From: Glaucostegus cemiculus
Lineage: Eukaryota
Direction: 5' to 3'
Assembly (NCBI GenBank): GCA_976551045.1
Contig: CDPCPM010000078.1
Location: 4,526,001 to 4,590,000, forward strand
Length of the DNA stretch: 64,000 nt
The notes under the pieces are model-generated. The model worked only from the letters and a program-made list of their open reading frames with translations. It had not been told where the DNA came from and searched no databases. Made by a program: the position numbers and the translations under genes. How positions within the stretch are numbered: the stretch's first letter is position 1; every line of letters starts with the position of its first letter. Of the stretch, positions 37,453-51,280 are shown one piece after another.

Positions 37453-38550
37453 TCAGACCAAACTCCTACACCTAGGACTCAACACCTCCCTTCGCAACTG
37501 GATCCTTGACTTCCTGACCAATAGACTACCATCAATAATGATAGGCAGAAACACCTCTGCCACGATTATCCTCAACACTACACTCTACTCCCTATGCACT
37601 CACAACTGCTTGGCCAGATTCTGCTCTACCTCCTTCTACAAGTTTGCAGATGGCACTACCATAGTGGGCTGAATCTCAAACAATGATGAATCAGCCCACA
37701 GGAAGGAGACAGAGAGCCTGGTCGCATGGTGTCATGACCACAAGCTTTCCCTCATTGTCAGCAGAACAAAAGCACTGGCCATTGACTTCAGGAAGCAGGG
37801 CAGTGCACACACTCCTGTCTACGTCAATGGTGCGGAGGTCAAAATGGTTGAGAGCTTCAAGTTCCTAGGAGTAAACATCACCAATAATCTGTCTTGCCAT
37901 GGCCAAGAAAGCACAGCAGCGCCTCTAATTCCTCGGGAGACTAAAGAAGTTCAGCACATTCTGGTTGACCCTCACTAATTTTTATAGATGTGCATCATTG
38001 AAAGCATCCTATCTGGATGCTTTCATGGCTTGGTACAGCAACTGCTCTGCCTGAGACTGCAATAAACTGCAGAGGGTTGTAAACACAGCTCAGCACATCC
38101 GGGAAACCAGCCTCCCCTCCATGGACTCTGTCTATACTTCCCCCTGCCTTGGTAAAGCAGTCAATGTAATCAAAGACCCCACCCACATCAGCCATCCACT
38201 CTTCTCCCCCCTTCCATCAGGCAGAAGATACAAAAGCCTCCAGGCATGTACCACCATGCTCAGGGAGAGCTTCTATCCCACTGTTATAAGACTATTGAAC
38301 AGATCTCTTGTACGATAAGATGGACTTTTGACCTGACAATCTACCTCGTCATGGCCTTGCACCTTATTGTCTACCTACACTGTACTTTCTCTGTAACCAT
38401 AACTCTATATTCAGCATTCTGTTATTGCTTTTCCCTTGTACTTCCTCAATGTACAGATGTGATGAAATGATCTGTATGGATGGCATGTAAAACAATGTTT
38501 TTCCACTGTACCTCTTTACATGTGATAATAATAAACCAATTTATCAATTT
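37453..38550 (+). mobile_element. Rex1/Babar LINE, 5'-truncated RT and 3' end
   Basis: KLLHLGLNTSLRNWILDFLTNR, YKFADGTTIVG, IKDPTHISHPLFSPLPSGRRYKSL; aataaaccaatt tail. Confidence 0.9.
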
Positions 38551-39211
38551 TTATCAAAGCTGATGTGGAACTGACAACACTGATCAGGCATTGAGCCCAG
38601 TATCGAGCGAATTCAGCACAGATTGGGGTTCGAACCTGATATTCAGAAGATTCAGCACAATTTGAACCTCAAATCAGATTTCAACCTAACTCAAACATTG
38701 CACTTTCCTCCTTTAAATGGCTCATGTCATCAGCCTCCAGGAAACAAGTTATTGCAATTTTTACTTGCAAGTAGAACTGAGAGAGTTTATGTTTCAGGTA
38801 ATCTCATTTAAGAACAAGTAAATTTTTCTGTTATCCCACTTTAATACTGCTCACGAACAAAATTGGTGACATTGTGGGGTGATGTTCATCCCTTGGTACA
38901 GTAGTGAAATCATACTCCTTAATCCTACACAGTATTTTGCTTGTAAGCCAACTTGGTGTGATTGGCAGCCATAGAAATACCAAATGAATAGGATGAGTTA
39001 CAAATGGCCCAGAGGGAGGTTAAGAATGAGAAAAGTGAAATTCTGCCTTTGTTGCATTGTGGTAGAACAGCTCAGATGGTACAAAAGAAGAAGAGATCCA
39101 TTAGCAAACATTCCCAAAGCAATAGCATCAGTAATATTCTTTTCACCATCTTTCCATTACAAGATATTGAAGACAAGTTTCCTGTTCTCTGCTACAGCAC
39201 TGAACATGTGC

Positions 39212-39306
39212 AGTTCTGACAAGGAATCTCCAACTTGAAATGTTAACTCTGTTTCTCTCTCTCCACTGCCTGACCTGCTGAGCGTTTCCAGCATTGTATT
39301 TTTATT
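39212..39306 (+). mobile_element. Short Penelope/hammerhead-type element
   Basis: AGTT-CTGACAA-ggaatctccaactt-GAAA-TGTT-AACT, then ctgcctgacctgctgagcgtttccagcatt. Confidence 0.65.
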
Positions 39307-40031
39307 CCTGAAAAAGTGTTTTATATTTGCCCTGGATAATCTGTGACCCAAGAACACTTCCATTTTAGCACAAGAAAACACAAGCAAATCCCCATGTTCT
39401 TGCATTGGTCAGAAGCTGCTTGGTTCATGTCTTCTGTTTGCTTCAGAAAAGCAAAGGCCAAAAGGCTCCAAGCCTAGTTACCATAAGCATCCACCTTGTA
39501 TACTTCTTATGGCTGAAACCATCTGCCAGATTGGCAGACAGTCCTGAGACAGCTCATCACCAGCTTCTAAAGCACGACTCTAAATGTCCCCTACCCAACT
39601 CACTGGTCCCCACCACCCTAACTGATTACCATGGATTGTGAATTTCCTGCCTCCATAGCCCTATGTCACTGAGCACAGGTCAAACTCCCGTTACCCAGAA
39701 ATTCAAGGTTAATGTCATGGAGGGTAGCAATAGGAATCCATCCTTCCTTTCCCTAATCTTTGACCCAGGAAACTTGACCTCCATCTATCCCACAACACAA
39801 AAGGTAATTGCTACAGCCTTGCTTGAATAATTGAGAAATTAATGTCTCGGTTTACCAGCGGATTCAGAGGGAACCACCCTCCAGTGGCAAGAAGGCCACG
39901 ACGATCAGACCTTCCTTGTGCATCACATTTTTAAATTGAAGCGTCATATTAAATGTAAGGGTGCATCCCTCTCATTTGGTTCAATACGTTTGTGAATATG
40001 TTTAACTGTGCATGTACTTGTATGCATCTCA

Positions 40032-40286
<255 letters not shown>

Positions 40287-40707
40287 TTACAGATTTAACA
40301 CAGATTGGAACATGTACACAAAAATGAGATAACATGAGGTTTTGCCACACCAAGTTTTTTGCTGCCCTTGGTACTGTTTGGTTATTGGCTGCCAGGTACA
40401 AAGATCTGCCATGGTAAAAATGAATACCCATCGGGCTGAGGCATCTTGGTGTGGTCTGCAACAACTGATGCCTGGTGTCCAGTGGAATATCTGGCAAAGC
40501 TCAATTATTTTGTTATCCTGGAAGAGGACAACATTTGCCCCTGTGGAGACAATGTCGTTCCCAGAAGTAAAGCTTCATATGAACGATTTCCAATACCAAG
40601 GGAGAAACCTGAAATTCCATTGCCAGAAATGTAGTTACTGTAGAAGACCTGCCATAATTTAAAGCAATTTGCAGAAGCAAATAACTTGACCATACTTTTC
40701 CCAGTTG

Positions 40708-40988
40708 TCATAGAGAGATGCAGCATGGAAACAGGCCCTTCAGCACACCAAGTCTGTGCTGACCATCAATCACCCATTTACACTAATCCTACATTAACGC
40801 CATTGTTTATTATGCCCACGTTCTTAACAACTCCCCCCAAATACCTCCACCCACCTACACATGAGTGGCAATTTACAGTGGCCAGTTAGCTTACTAACCT
40901 GCACGTCTTTGAGATGTGGGAGGAAACTCATAGGGTCAAATGGAGAACGTGCGACCTCTGCGCAGACAGCACCCGAGGTTAGGTCCCA
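40708..40988 (-). mobile_element. V-SINE with CR1-type tail
   Basis: cagcatggaaacaggcccttcagc tail; gatgtgggaggaaac V core; gacagcacccgaggttagg head. Confidence 0.78.
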
Positions 40989-41044
40989 TCACTCATCGCA
41001 ACAGTTGCTGAAATTCTATGATTTCAATACCTTGCAATTATAGG

Positions 41045-41360
41045 CTGCCTTCAATGGAGTCAAAATGTCCCACAAACTTTACAGGAGCATTATCAAGCAA
41101 AAGTCAACACTGTGCCAATGGAGTGAGATTAGTTCAAATGATCAAAAGTTTGCTTAAAGAGGTAGTATTTTTTTTAGAAAGAGAATTATACTGGTGAGTG
41201 GAAGAGATGTTCAGGGAAGGAATTCTTGAATTCAGGCATGGATGTCTGCAGGCCCAGTTGCCACTGGTGCAGTGTAGAAAGTCAGGGAAGTATAGGTGAT
41301 AAGAGTTAAAGGAGTGTAGAAATCCCTAAAGATTTCAGCATTGTAGGAGAATCTTGTATG
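41045..41360 (-). mobile_element. L2-like LINE 3' fragment
   Basis: gccttcaatggagtcaaaatgtcccacaaactttacaggagcattatc tail-like start; similar to 28690-28945 and 21657-21720. Confidence 0.45.
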
Positions 41361-42589
41361 GAAAACTGCTAACGTATCTCAGAGGATGTTACCATGGTGA
41401 CATTACTCTAGTACGAGAAAAATCATCACCATGCAACAGATCCTACAATGCTTTCACTGAAAGCATCTCTCATTGCTGGAAGGAGAAAGGGAGGGCTTTA
41501 AAATAATCTTTCCATTAAGAATATTTTTAGAATATGGAACACCTTAACAGAAATAATGCGGAAGCAGAATCTGTAATATTAACTAAAAGAGAAGGGGATT
41601 TATTTTTGAAAGGCACTTGGGGAAGGAAGAATGGAGTAGGTTAGCTTCTCTAAAGATTGGATCAACTGCTGAAGCACTTGTGTGAAAGGATAAGGGATAA
41701 AGGGAATTAAGAAGAGAGAGAATGAGATTGATCCATTGGGAGCAAGCAGCGACTTGAAGGGACAAATGGCCTCCTTCTGTGCAATTATAAATACAGGAAT
41801 AGGACAGCCAGAGGGTGGTAGGGGTTTGCAACTTGCTGCTTTAAAGTGTGGTTGAGGCAGAAACTCTCATTAGACTTAAGAAATATTTAGGTGTATACAG
41901 GTCCTGCCCAGGTCATGGCACAGTTTTTTTCCCTGTGAACTGTTTGCAAGTCGGAGATGTGGTCACAGATAGAGTTCCCACACTGTAGAAGATGCCTGCA
42001 GCCCCACAAATGGCCTCTGTGTTATAATTTTTTTTATGATTCAACCAGGGATGCAGTGAGCAGAACAATTCCTGGTAACTGTTAAATTCCACTTTTCAAC
42101 TCAATGATGGGTAAATAATCCCAAACTAAGGGACACCTGCATTCACAACCAAAGAACCTTATTGCACAGAATGTAACTAATGGGCCCATCTGCTTAATCA
42201 TAGCCATTTTCCCCATCAGTAAACTTACACAGCAACAACTTGACCAGCACCAACCGTGTCCATTGATAAGTTTAATTCTCCAATTACTACTTTTCTCAGG
42301 AGCCTTGAGCAAACAGATTATTTGTCTAAAAATATGCCTTTAACAATAATTAGAAAGAAACTTAAAACAGTAGCTGATGTGGCAGCTGGCTGTCACCAGC
42401 ACAGTAAGACTGTCTGTATAAAACCTCCTACTGAGCCAGTGATGGTCAGGGCAGAGGTTTCCTGTGGCTCAAAGCATGCTTCAACAATCCTGCTTCAGCA
42501 AAGATGATTCTAACTCCTGCACACAGGGGATGGAATTGCAGGCCAGAGCATTTGTTTAGAGAGGGAGTATGTTCACTGCCGATGTACAC

Positions 42590-42985
42590 AGGGATAGCAA
42601 CACAGCGGTTACGTTACTGGACTAGCAACTCAGAAGCCTGGATTCATGACCCGGTGAAAGGAGATCATAACCCATCATGGCAGAATGGCAATTTAAATCA
42701 AATCAATGAAATAAAAAAAAACAAAGCTGTTATCAGAGGCGATAACTATGAAACTGCCAGATTGTATATAAAAAGAAAACATCTAGTTCATTAACATCTT
42801 TTAAAGAAGGGAACATGTTGTCCTGCTGTGCCTGGACTAGACATGACTACAAGTAGGAAGCATTTTGCTTGATTTTTTTAATGGCCACCGGGCATGCCCC
42901 AGCAAGGCCACCTAGCTCAAGCGACAGTTAGGGAGGATCCACAAATGCTGGTTTTACCAATAATGCCAGATTCCAGGAATGAGTA
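42590..42985 (+). mobile_element. Second tRNA-derived SINE family (non-V core)
   Basis: Head cacagcggttacgttactggactagcaactcagaagcctgg; colinear with 58525-58860; tail resembles the 3' end of the LINE at 49400-50335. Confidence 0.65.
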
Positions 42986-43887
42986 CTTAAAAGGAAAAAC
43001 GTACAGATTTTCTTTGACTGAATGCCAGGAATGCAGGTATGAAGAATCTCCTTTCTTGGCACGCCTTTTCAGTGAAATGTGATGTGTTGAAGCTTTTATA
43101 CAAATCCATTTGAAGAATACAATTATAGAATCTAACATTCCATTCATGAGTTGTGGATTTTGATCAACGTTATTTCACAAAATTTATCTAAATGCACATT
43201 TGAATCAGCAAGGCAGAGAAGGCTGTGGACTAAGTGCTAAAAAAACAGGATTAGTATCGATTTGATGGTTGGCATGCACATGGTGAGGCTTAAAGGCCTG
43301 CTTCTTTGCTGTATGACTTATCACAGACAAGGCACTTTGATTACACTTCTGTGACTGATGACACAAGTTATCTAAGATCAAAAAATTAAAAGCATTTTCA
43401 CTCAGACAAATATTCTACAACTCACCACTTCTAGTATATCGGCACCTATAAAGAGGTGTTCCACAGGGATACCCAATTTATCCTAATGATGCTCCTCAAT
43501 GACTGGGGACCCTGGGGTGCAGTATCCAGTTTTCTGATTTACAGATCTTGGGCTCATACTGGGTTCTGGACCAAGACACAGGTTTACGCCATAAACTTCC
43601 ATGCTCAATTTCAGACTGAGGATTTGAAAACCACTTTAAAGTAATTGAGTGCTATTTTATTCCCCAACATTTCAAGACATCTCCACTGCTCTTGTGCTCT
43701 GATGGTGTTTGGATCAGATCAGAACACTGGCGAGCTGTGCTTTTGAAATGCTTGACATCCTTTCAAAGTGGAGGTGGAGGAAGAACACAGAGCTGCCAAC
43801 TCAAAGCTTCAGCGATCCAAGTGCAAACGTGACCTCCAGTGCTGTCCGTGTGGAGCTTTTGTTCTCCCTATAGCTGTGTGGGTTCTC

Positions 43888-44167
43888 AGAATCAGTATCA
43901 GGTTTATTATCACTGACATATGTTGTGAAATTTGTTGTTTTGCAGCAGCTGTACAGTGCAAGGCATAAAGACATAAAAATTACAAAATAAATAGTGCAAA
44001 AGAGGAGTAATGAGGTAGTGTTCATGGACTGTTCAGAAATCTGATGACAGAGAGGAAGAAGCTGTTCCTGAATCATTGAGTGTGGGTCGTCAACCTCCTG
44101 TACCTCCTCCCCGATGGTAGTAACGTGAAGAGGGCACATCCCGGATGCTTAGGGTCCTTAATGATGG
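43888..44167 (-). mobile_element. Rex1/Babar LINE 3' fragment
   Basis: agaatcagtatcaggtttattatcactgac tail; same subfamily as 5673-6170. Confidence 0.85.
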
Positions 44168-44179
44168 AGCCCACATCCT

Positions 44180-44385
44180 GTGTAGGTTGGTAGGTTAATT
44201 GGCCACTGTAAATTTCCCCTGTGTAGGTGACTGGTAGAATCTGGGTGGGGGGGGTGGGCGGAGGGGGGAATTGATGGGAATGTGGGAGGAATAAAATGGG
44301 GGTAATGCAGCATTAGGTGGTTGATGGTCAGTGTGAATTCCAGCTGCTCGGCCTGCTTCCATGCTGTAGGACTCAAACTCTATCA
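44180..44385 (+). mobile_element. V-SINE 3' half
   Basis: ggtaggttaattggccactgtaaatttcccctgtgtagg...ggcctgcttccatgctgta. Confidence 0.7.
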
Positions 44386-45483
44386 TTATGACCAACACAA
44401 TGATCCTAGGCAAATCTGCAGTTGCTAGAAAACTGAAACAACAACAGAAAAATGCTGGACATATTCAGCAAGTCCATGGGGCACCATCTACGGAGAGCAG
44501 AGTGGCAGAAGTCAGGATTCCAACAGGTTTTGTAACATGTATAAAAGGCAAGAAAGCCTTTTACACTTGGTTAAAGTTCACAAATTTCAGATCAGGACCA
44601 CACTGTTTCACTGTTTGTAATACTTCTGCTGTTGCCATTTACACCTTCCACAAAGTCATCTTTTTCTTCTGCAGTTGACCCATTGTCTTAATCTTCACTG
44701 GCTCACTACGCCGTTTTCGATCAAATCCATTTCTCCTTCCACCCTATTATCAACCTTTCTTTTTGCTCTTTCCTTTGCTCCCTGATTCCTTTCACTGTCT
44801 CAGCACCTCTGTAAAAGCCATGACAGCCACAACTTTTGCCACTCCTTCTACCCCATCAGTCAAAGACGACCTTGACAGGTATTATGCAGGTTTCCTACGT
44901 CCTTGATAAAAAGGGTAAGAAAAAAAAAATCACCTATGGAGCGTTACAGATTTGGAAAGAGGTTGTAAATAAACCATATTTTGTATTTTGGTAAATTAGC
45001 ATTTGAACTGCAATTCAAATGCACAATAATGCTCAAAAGGCCCAATATGTTACACGCATTCTTCAGCAGAAGAGATCTTTACACAGCAGCATTAACTTAC
45101 TAACTTCCCTCTCATTTCATACCCTGATACTGTGGTGATTACCTCAGTCTCAGCCCAATGAATTGGCGGGTTTCATTTTCTTAACACGTGCTCTGAAATT
45201 CATTAACTTCAATGCTTGACCATTAAAACATCATTGAGAAGTGCATTAAATCAGCCTGGTGCACAAGAGTACTGACCTTATGTCACATTTCTCATCCAGC
45301 AGTACATGTGTGTTTTCCTAGGAACACTCCCACGCAGAAAGCAGTGTGCAATCTGATACATTCAGCTTGAATTTCCTGTATCTGCCAGCATGGAGCACTG
45401 CAGCAATCACAGCAAGACTCCGTCCTTTAAAGGAATAGTCCTCTTGGTACCCCAACAGCAGCAACAGATAGCATTGTCAGTAC

Positions 45484-46706
45484 GAATCAGAATCAGATTT
45501 ATTATTGATTTTAGGAGCCGAGAGGTATTGCTTCAGTTGAATAGGTCCCTGGTCAGGCCCCACTTGGAGTATTGTGCTCAGTTCTGGTCGCCACACTACA
45601 GGAAAGATGTGGAGGCCTTAGAGAGGGTGCAGAGGAGGTTTATGAGGATGCTGCCTGGAATGCGGAGCATGCCTTATGAGAGCAGGTTGCGGGAAATCAG
45701 CCTCTTCTCCTTGGAGAGGAGGAGGATGAGGGGGGGACCTGATAGAGGTATATAAGATGATGAGAGATATTGATCATGTAGATAGTCAGAGGCATTTCCC
45801 CAGGGCTGAAATGGTGGCCACAAGAGGACATAGGTTTACCGTGAGGAGATGTCAGGGGGAAGTTTTTTACTCAGAGAGTGGTGAGTGCGTGGAATGGGCT
45901 GCCAGAAAGGGTTGTGGAGGCGGATACGATAGGGTCTTTCAAGAGACTGTTGGATAGGTACATGGAGCAAAATAAGATAGAGGGCTATGGGTAAGCCTAG
46001 TAGTTTCTAGTGTAGGGACATGTTCGGCACAGCTTTGTGGGCCGAAGGGCCTGAATTGTGCTGTAGGTGTTCTATGTTCTATCACTGATATTTGATGTGA
46101 AATTTGTTCTTTTGCGGCAGCAGTACAGTGTAAAGACATAAAAATCTATAAATTATAAAAGTAAATATAGTACAAAAGGAGGAATAATGAGGTAGTGTTC
46201 ATGGATTGTTCAGAAATCTGATGGCGGAGGGGAAGAAGCTGTTCCTGTATCATTGAGTGTGGGTCTTCAGGCTCCTGTACCTCCTCCCTGATGGTAGTAA
46301 CAAGAAGAGCGCACATCCTGGATGGTGGGGAGGGTGGGGAGGGTTGTGCTGGCTGAGTCTCTCACCCTCTGCAGCCTCTTGCAATCCTGTGCATTGGAGG
46401 CTCCATACCAGGCTGTGATGCAACCAGTTAGACCACTCCACCATATATCTATAGAAATCAGTACAAGTCTTTGGTGACGTATCAAACCTCCTCAAACTCC
46501 CAATGAAGTAGAGTCATTGGCGTGCCTTCTTCATGATTGCATCACTGTGTTGGACCCAGGATAGATCCTCTGAGATGTTGACGCCCAGGAACCTGAAGCT
46601 GCTCACCCTTTCCACCGCTGACCCCTCAATGAGGAATGGTGCGTGTTCTCTCGACTTCCCCTTTCAAAAGTCCACAATCAGTTTCTTGGTTTTGCTGATG
46701 CTGAGT
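45484..46706 (-). mobile_element. Rex1/Babar LINE fragment with a CR1 inserted in its tail
   Basis: Tail gaatcagaatcagatttattat at 45484-45505 resumes as cactgatatttgatgtgaaatttg at 46083. LTGCITAWYGASNAQDCKRLQRV and LLPSGRRYRSLKTHTQ. Confidence 0.88.
45504..46082 (+). mobile_element. CR1 3' fragment nested in the Rex1 tail
   Basis: SREVLLQLNRSLVRPHLEYCAQFWSPHYRKDVEALERVQRRF; ttctatgttctat tail. Confidence 0.92.
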
Positions 46707-47149
46707 GATGAAAGACAGAGTGGTAGGAAAGGGGAGGCACCAACAACCCCCTCCCACCCCCTCAACTTTACTAACCAGGTTTTGGTGCTACAGGTGAAGG
46801 AAATCTATATCTTGAGAAAGTGGTGTGTTTTGTTGATCCAGGGAGGGTGACAGTAGCAAGTAGCTAGCATCAGTGACAGGCCAAAAAATATGAGCAAATG
46901 TCTATCATGACCTCAGAAGGTACGTATTGATGAGACCCTGAGCACTTGGTCTCCTCTTAAAGATGCTGCCTTCATCTGTAGCACTCATATCCCAAGGCAT
47001 GCACCCACAGATACTGCCACACCAGCTACACATTCGCAGACACAGCTGTAGCATAGTACATTCCATAATATTTCTCACATCATGAGACAGTTCCTCTCAG
47101 AGACAACCATGCTTTAAGCATTGTCTAAATAGAGCAAATAGCAGCGCTT

Positions 47150-47600
47150 TCAATTCATAGGGAGCTCCAACTTCTAAAGGGGCACTGAAAGTGCCTCGAG
47201 TGCGCCCTGATCCTGGGGATGCCGCAATGGAATCAAATTCACGTGCTCACCAAGCCATCTCTTCATCACTGAAGGGTGGAGGAAGTCTATTGCCCTGCAG
47301 TCCAGAATGTTAGTAACCTTCCTAATGCTGTGGTGTGGAGTGGAGTGAACTGTGAGGTCTGGCACAAATCATCTATGGTGGCTGGATTGGTCCTGAGGCT
47401 AAGTGTGACCATGACCTTGAATTCTATGGCCAAGGCCATCCAGGCATGCGTGCCCAGCAGCATTGCCCTCCAGTCTCTCTGACAACTGCCTCATAAGCTT
47501 GAGCCAAGATCTCATTCCTTAGGGGTTAAGATATGAGTGGGTGTCACTGCAGACTCCTAGGGATAGGGGTCTGTAAATATGCGCTCCTCTCCGCTTCCTC
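47150..47600 (-). mobile_element. Decayed PIF/Harbinger (HARBI1-like) transposase remnant, N-terminal half
   Basis: MALAIEFKVMVTLSL...ATIDDLCQTSQF, then frameshifted HHSIRKVTNILDCRAIDFLH...PQDQGALE. Resembles ALPVAVKVTVALNF..GDLCGISQ..H.CIR.VT.AL..RA..FI.FP..FP.VQGAID. Confidence 0.6.
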
Positions 47601-48677
47601 CCTCGAGGCCCCCAACCTCACCTGCAACGTCCGGATTGAAACGCTCTGTTTTGACTGCCCCTTCCAGCAGTGCTTTCCAAATCATATTTGTCCTCTGACT
47701 TTTTCCACAAATCCCTTATCTTTTTTGCCCAAAATTTCAAATGTGTTCCCAGCCTTTGATGATGACATATTTACTCTGATTCTACAGCACATTCTCTCTT
47801 TTAAAAAAAAAAGTGATTTTACAGTGTAAGAAATAGGAGTACACTGTGTGCAATTGACCTTTCAGTGGAAATTGTCCTTTGAACAGTGCAGCCACAGAAC
47901 AAGCAGTGTAATAGAGACCTGATTGGTCTGTGGCTGCCAAATGATGGTCGATCCTTGGGCCAATGCCACCCATTTCTTGCTGCCAGCTCTCCTGATGTGA
48001 CATTGCAAAAGGACTGATGTCACTGTGTCCACTTCCAACAGGGAAAAAGTATCGGAATAGGTTAACTTGTGTCGTAACCAGAAGTATTAGGTTAAGTTTC
48101 CTGAGTGATAGGATATGACCCAGAGAAGGTCGCGTTCTGGTTAAGATTCATTTTCAAAACAGCATTACATGATATAATTTCTGGGCAATGATATTTCAAA
48201 GTCTCATTACTAATTACACCTGATACTGCTTGGCAGTGAAGTCTGCTTTATGGTAATGATGTTTTATTTCATAAAATAATTACTCACAATTTACGAGGAA
48301 AATGAAAAGCAAAGGAATAATATTATTGATGTGAGCATTCATTAAAAGGTTTTTAATCCCTTCAGCAAAATTCTTAAAAGCCCAGAGTATCAACTTGCTT
48401 CCCCAGATCACCCGGTGTCACCTGCACATTTTACATCAGTGCAAAGCTGTTCTGGCACTTTTTGGCTTCATGCTGATGCAAATTGCTCAGTATAATTAGA
48501 CGGTGAAGTTGCCAGTATTGAATTTACTCAGTGATGTATGGCCACCTCAAAGAAGCAGTCACTTATCTCTTCAGCACTGTAAAACCAATGGTAAAACTGG
48601 TCTAAATTCCTTCAGCATTTTGTTGATGTTCAACATATCTAATATTTGGAGCTCTATTTTCTCTGCCAAATGGAGAT

Positions 48678-49350
48678 ACATAATAAGAACAGAAGTAGGC
48701 CATTTGGCTCTTCAAACCTGCTTCACCATCCAATACAATCATGCATGATCCTTTACACGATGTCATATTCCTGTTCTTGTCTCCTACTTCTTGATACATT
48801 TTGTGAAATTTATTGCCTTCTTAAATATATTTGGCAACTTGGCTTCCACAGCCTCCTGTGGTAGAAAATTCTACAGGTTCACACCTTCTGAATGAAGAGA
48901 TTCTCATCTCCATCCCAAATATCTTGCCCTATTTCCTGAGACTGTTACTTCCCATTCTAGACCCCACAGCCACAGGAACCACCCTCTCAGCAACCAATGT
49001 GTCAAGCCATGCAGGAATTTATAAATTTCAATGTGATCTCCTCTCATCCTTCTAAACTCTATTAAATACAGACCCAGTCGACCCAAAGCATCCTTATTAC
49101 AACAGTTGGACCATCCCAGGAATCAATCTGGTAAACTTTTGTTTAGATGAAGAGACTAAAATGACACACTAATTTACTTTCACCGAGACAATGTACAACT
49201 GAAGTAAGACATCTTGTACTCAAAACCTCTTGCAATGAAGTCCAGTGTACCATTTGCCTTCTTAACTGCTTACTTCACCTGCATGTTTACTTTCAGAGAC
49301 TGGTATACTACAACAACCAGATCCCTTTATACATCAACATTTCCCAATGT
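48678..49350 (-). mobile_element. Decayed CR1 fragment
   Basis: RLGLYLIEFRRMRGDHIEIYK; tail aataagaacagaagtaggccatttggc. Confidence 0.8.
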
Positions 49351-49352
49351 AT

Positions 49353-50765
49353 GATAGAGTTATACAGCATGTAATCAAGCCCATCTGCCCAACTTTTGTT
49401 TTATTCATTCAAAAGACCTGGGCTTCCCAGGCTGAGCCAGCATTTAATTGCCCATCCCTAATTGCCCTCGAGAAGGTGATGGTGGGTGAATTGTCTTCTT
49501 GAACCGCTGCAGCCCTTGAGTAAATGGGTACACCCACAATGATTTAGGGAGGGAGTTCTGTGATTTTGACCCAGCGATGATGGAGGAGTGGCGATACATC
49601 TCAAGTCAGAGTGGTGTGTGGATTGGAGGGCATCTTTGAGATGGTATTATTCCCATTGTTTTGCTAACCTTGTCCTTCTAGCTGGTAAAAGTCATGGGTT
49701 TGGAAGGTGCTGTCTAAGGAGTCTTGGTGAGTTGTTGCAGTGCATCCTGCAGATGCTACTGTGTGTTGGTGGTGGAGTGAGTGAATGGTTGTTAATGGGG
49801 TGTCTATCAAATAGGCTGCTATGTCCTGTATGGTGCTGAGCTTCTTGAGTGCTGTTGAAGCTGCATTCAACCAGGCAAGTGGAGAGTATTCCATCACACT
49901 CCTGACTTGAGCCTTGCAGATAGTGGATAGGTTTTGGGGATTTAGGAGGTGAGTTACTCACTACAGAATTCCTAGCCTCTGACTTGCTCTTGTAGCTTGT
50001 ATATGGCTACTCCAGTTCAGTTTCTAATCAATGGTAACCCCTCAGAATGTTGATAGTGGGGGACTCAGTGATAGCCGAGTTTTCTCTTGTTGGATATTGT
50101 CGTTGCCTGGCAAGCGTGGCGCAAATGTTACTTGATGTCTATCAGCTCAGGCCTGGATATTGTCCAGGTCTTGCTGCATATGGATGTGGACTGTTTCATT
50201 AGCTGAAGAGTCGCAAATAGTGCTGAAAATTGTGCAATCAACAACGAAGATTCCTACTTCTGACCTTACAATCAAAGGAAGGTCATTAATGAAACAGCTG
50301 AAGATGGTTGGGCCTTGGATACTACCCTGAGGAATTCATCCATGCTGATCAAGTTGTCTACATCAGTTAGTCCCACTTGCCTGCATTTGGCTCCCCTCTC
50401 ACCTTAAACCTATGCCCTCTAGTTTTAGACTCCTACCCTGAGAAAAAAGACTACAACCATTCACCTTATCTCTGTCCCCAGCCCTCAGCCTCCTGCACTC
50501 AGGGGAAAAGAGCCCAGCCAATCCAGTCCCTCCTTATAACTCAAGCCCTCCAGTCCCAGAAACATCCTTGTGAATCATTTTTGCATCCTTTCCAGCTTAA
50601 TGACATCCTTCCTATAGCAAGGCAAACAGGATGGCACAAATTTCTCCGTCCGGTCTTACCAATGACTTGTACATACATAACAATGACATCCCAACTTTTC
50701 TACTCAACACCCTGACCGATAAAGGCAAAGTGTCCCAAATGCCCACTTCACCACCCTGCCTGTCC
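49353..50765 (-). mobile_element. CR1 3' fragment split by another LINE
   Basis: Tail atagagttatacagcatg...gcccaact resumes at ~50337 as catccatgctgatcaag...agtcccacttgcctgc. Confidence 0.7.
49400..50335 (-). mobile_element. CR1/L2-group LINE of a different lineage (Crack/Daphne-like), 3' part
   Basis: KAQVRSVMEYSPLAWLNAASTALKKLSTIQD...HSLHHQHTVA; PQGS RT motif near 50320; 3' tail gggcaattagggatgggcaattaaatgctgg...tgaatgaataa. Confidence 0.78.
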
Positions 50766-51044
50766 TGTTATCCTTTATAACAGATTCCAGCATTACCTCT
50801 CCTTCGAGTGTTTGGTTAACCAGTCTGTAGTTCCCCATTTTCTTTTTCTTTCCTTTTTTAAGTAATGAAGTTCTATTTGTCGCCCTGCAATCTCCAGGAA
50901 CCATTTTTTTACCATAGAGAATGTTGAAAGATGAACCCCAATATACTATTTCCATGTATAGAATATTTCCCCAAAATGAAGCCTTCCCTTCATATGCTCT
51001 ATCATTGCCCCACCAGATTCCATTCTATATTTCCTTACATCCTA

Positions 51045-51280
51045 GAAGGGGGCTAATTTGGCCCATTGAGCCATCAATAGTAGCTCACAGAGCAATGCCA
51101 TTAAATTTTCCCTGCAACTCTTTTCACTCCATATTTCTGTCAATTTTCCACAGATTCTACCACTCACTACAAATTTCTAGTGGGCAACATGCACATCTTT
51201 GAAATGTGGGAGGAAACCCACATGGTCACAGAGAGAATGTGTGAACTCCACATAGATAGTTCAGCCACTGTGCAGCCCAA
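51045..51280 (-). mobile_element. Old V-SINE
   Basis: aatgtgggaggaaacccacatggtcacagagagaatgtgtgaactcca is the reverse V core. Confidence 0.65.
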
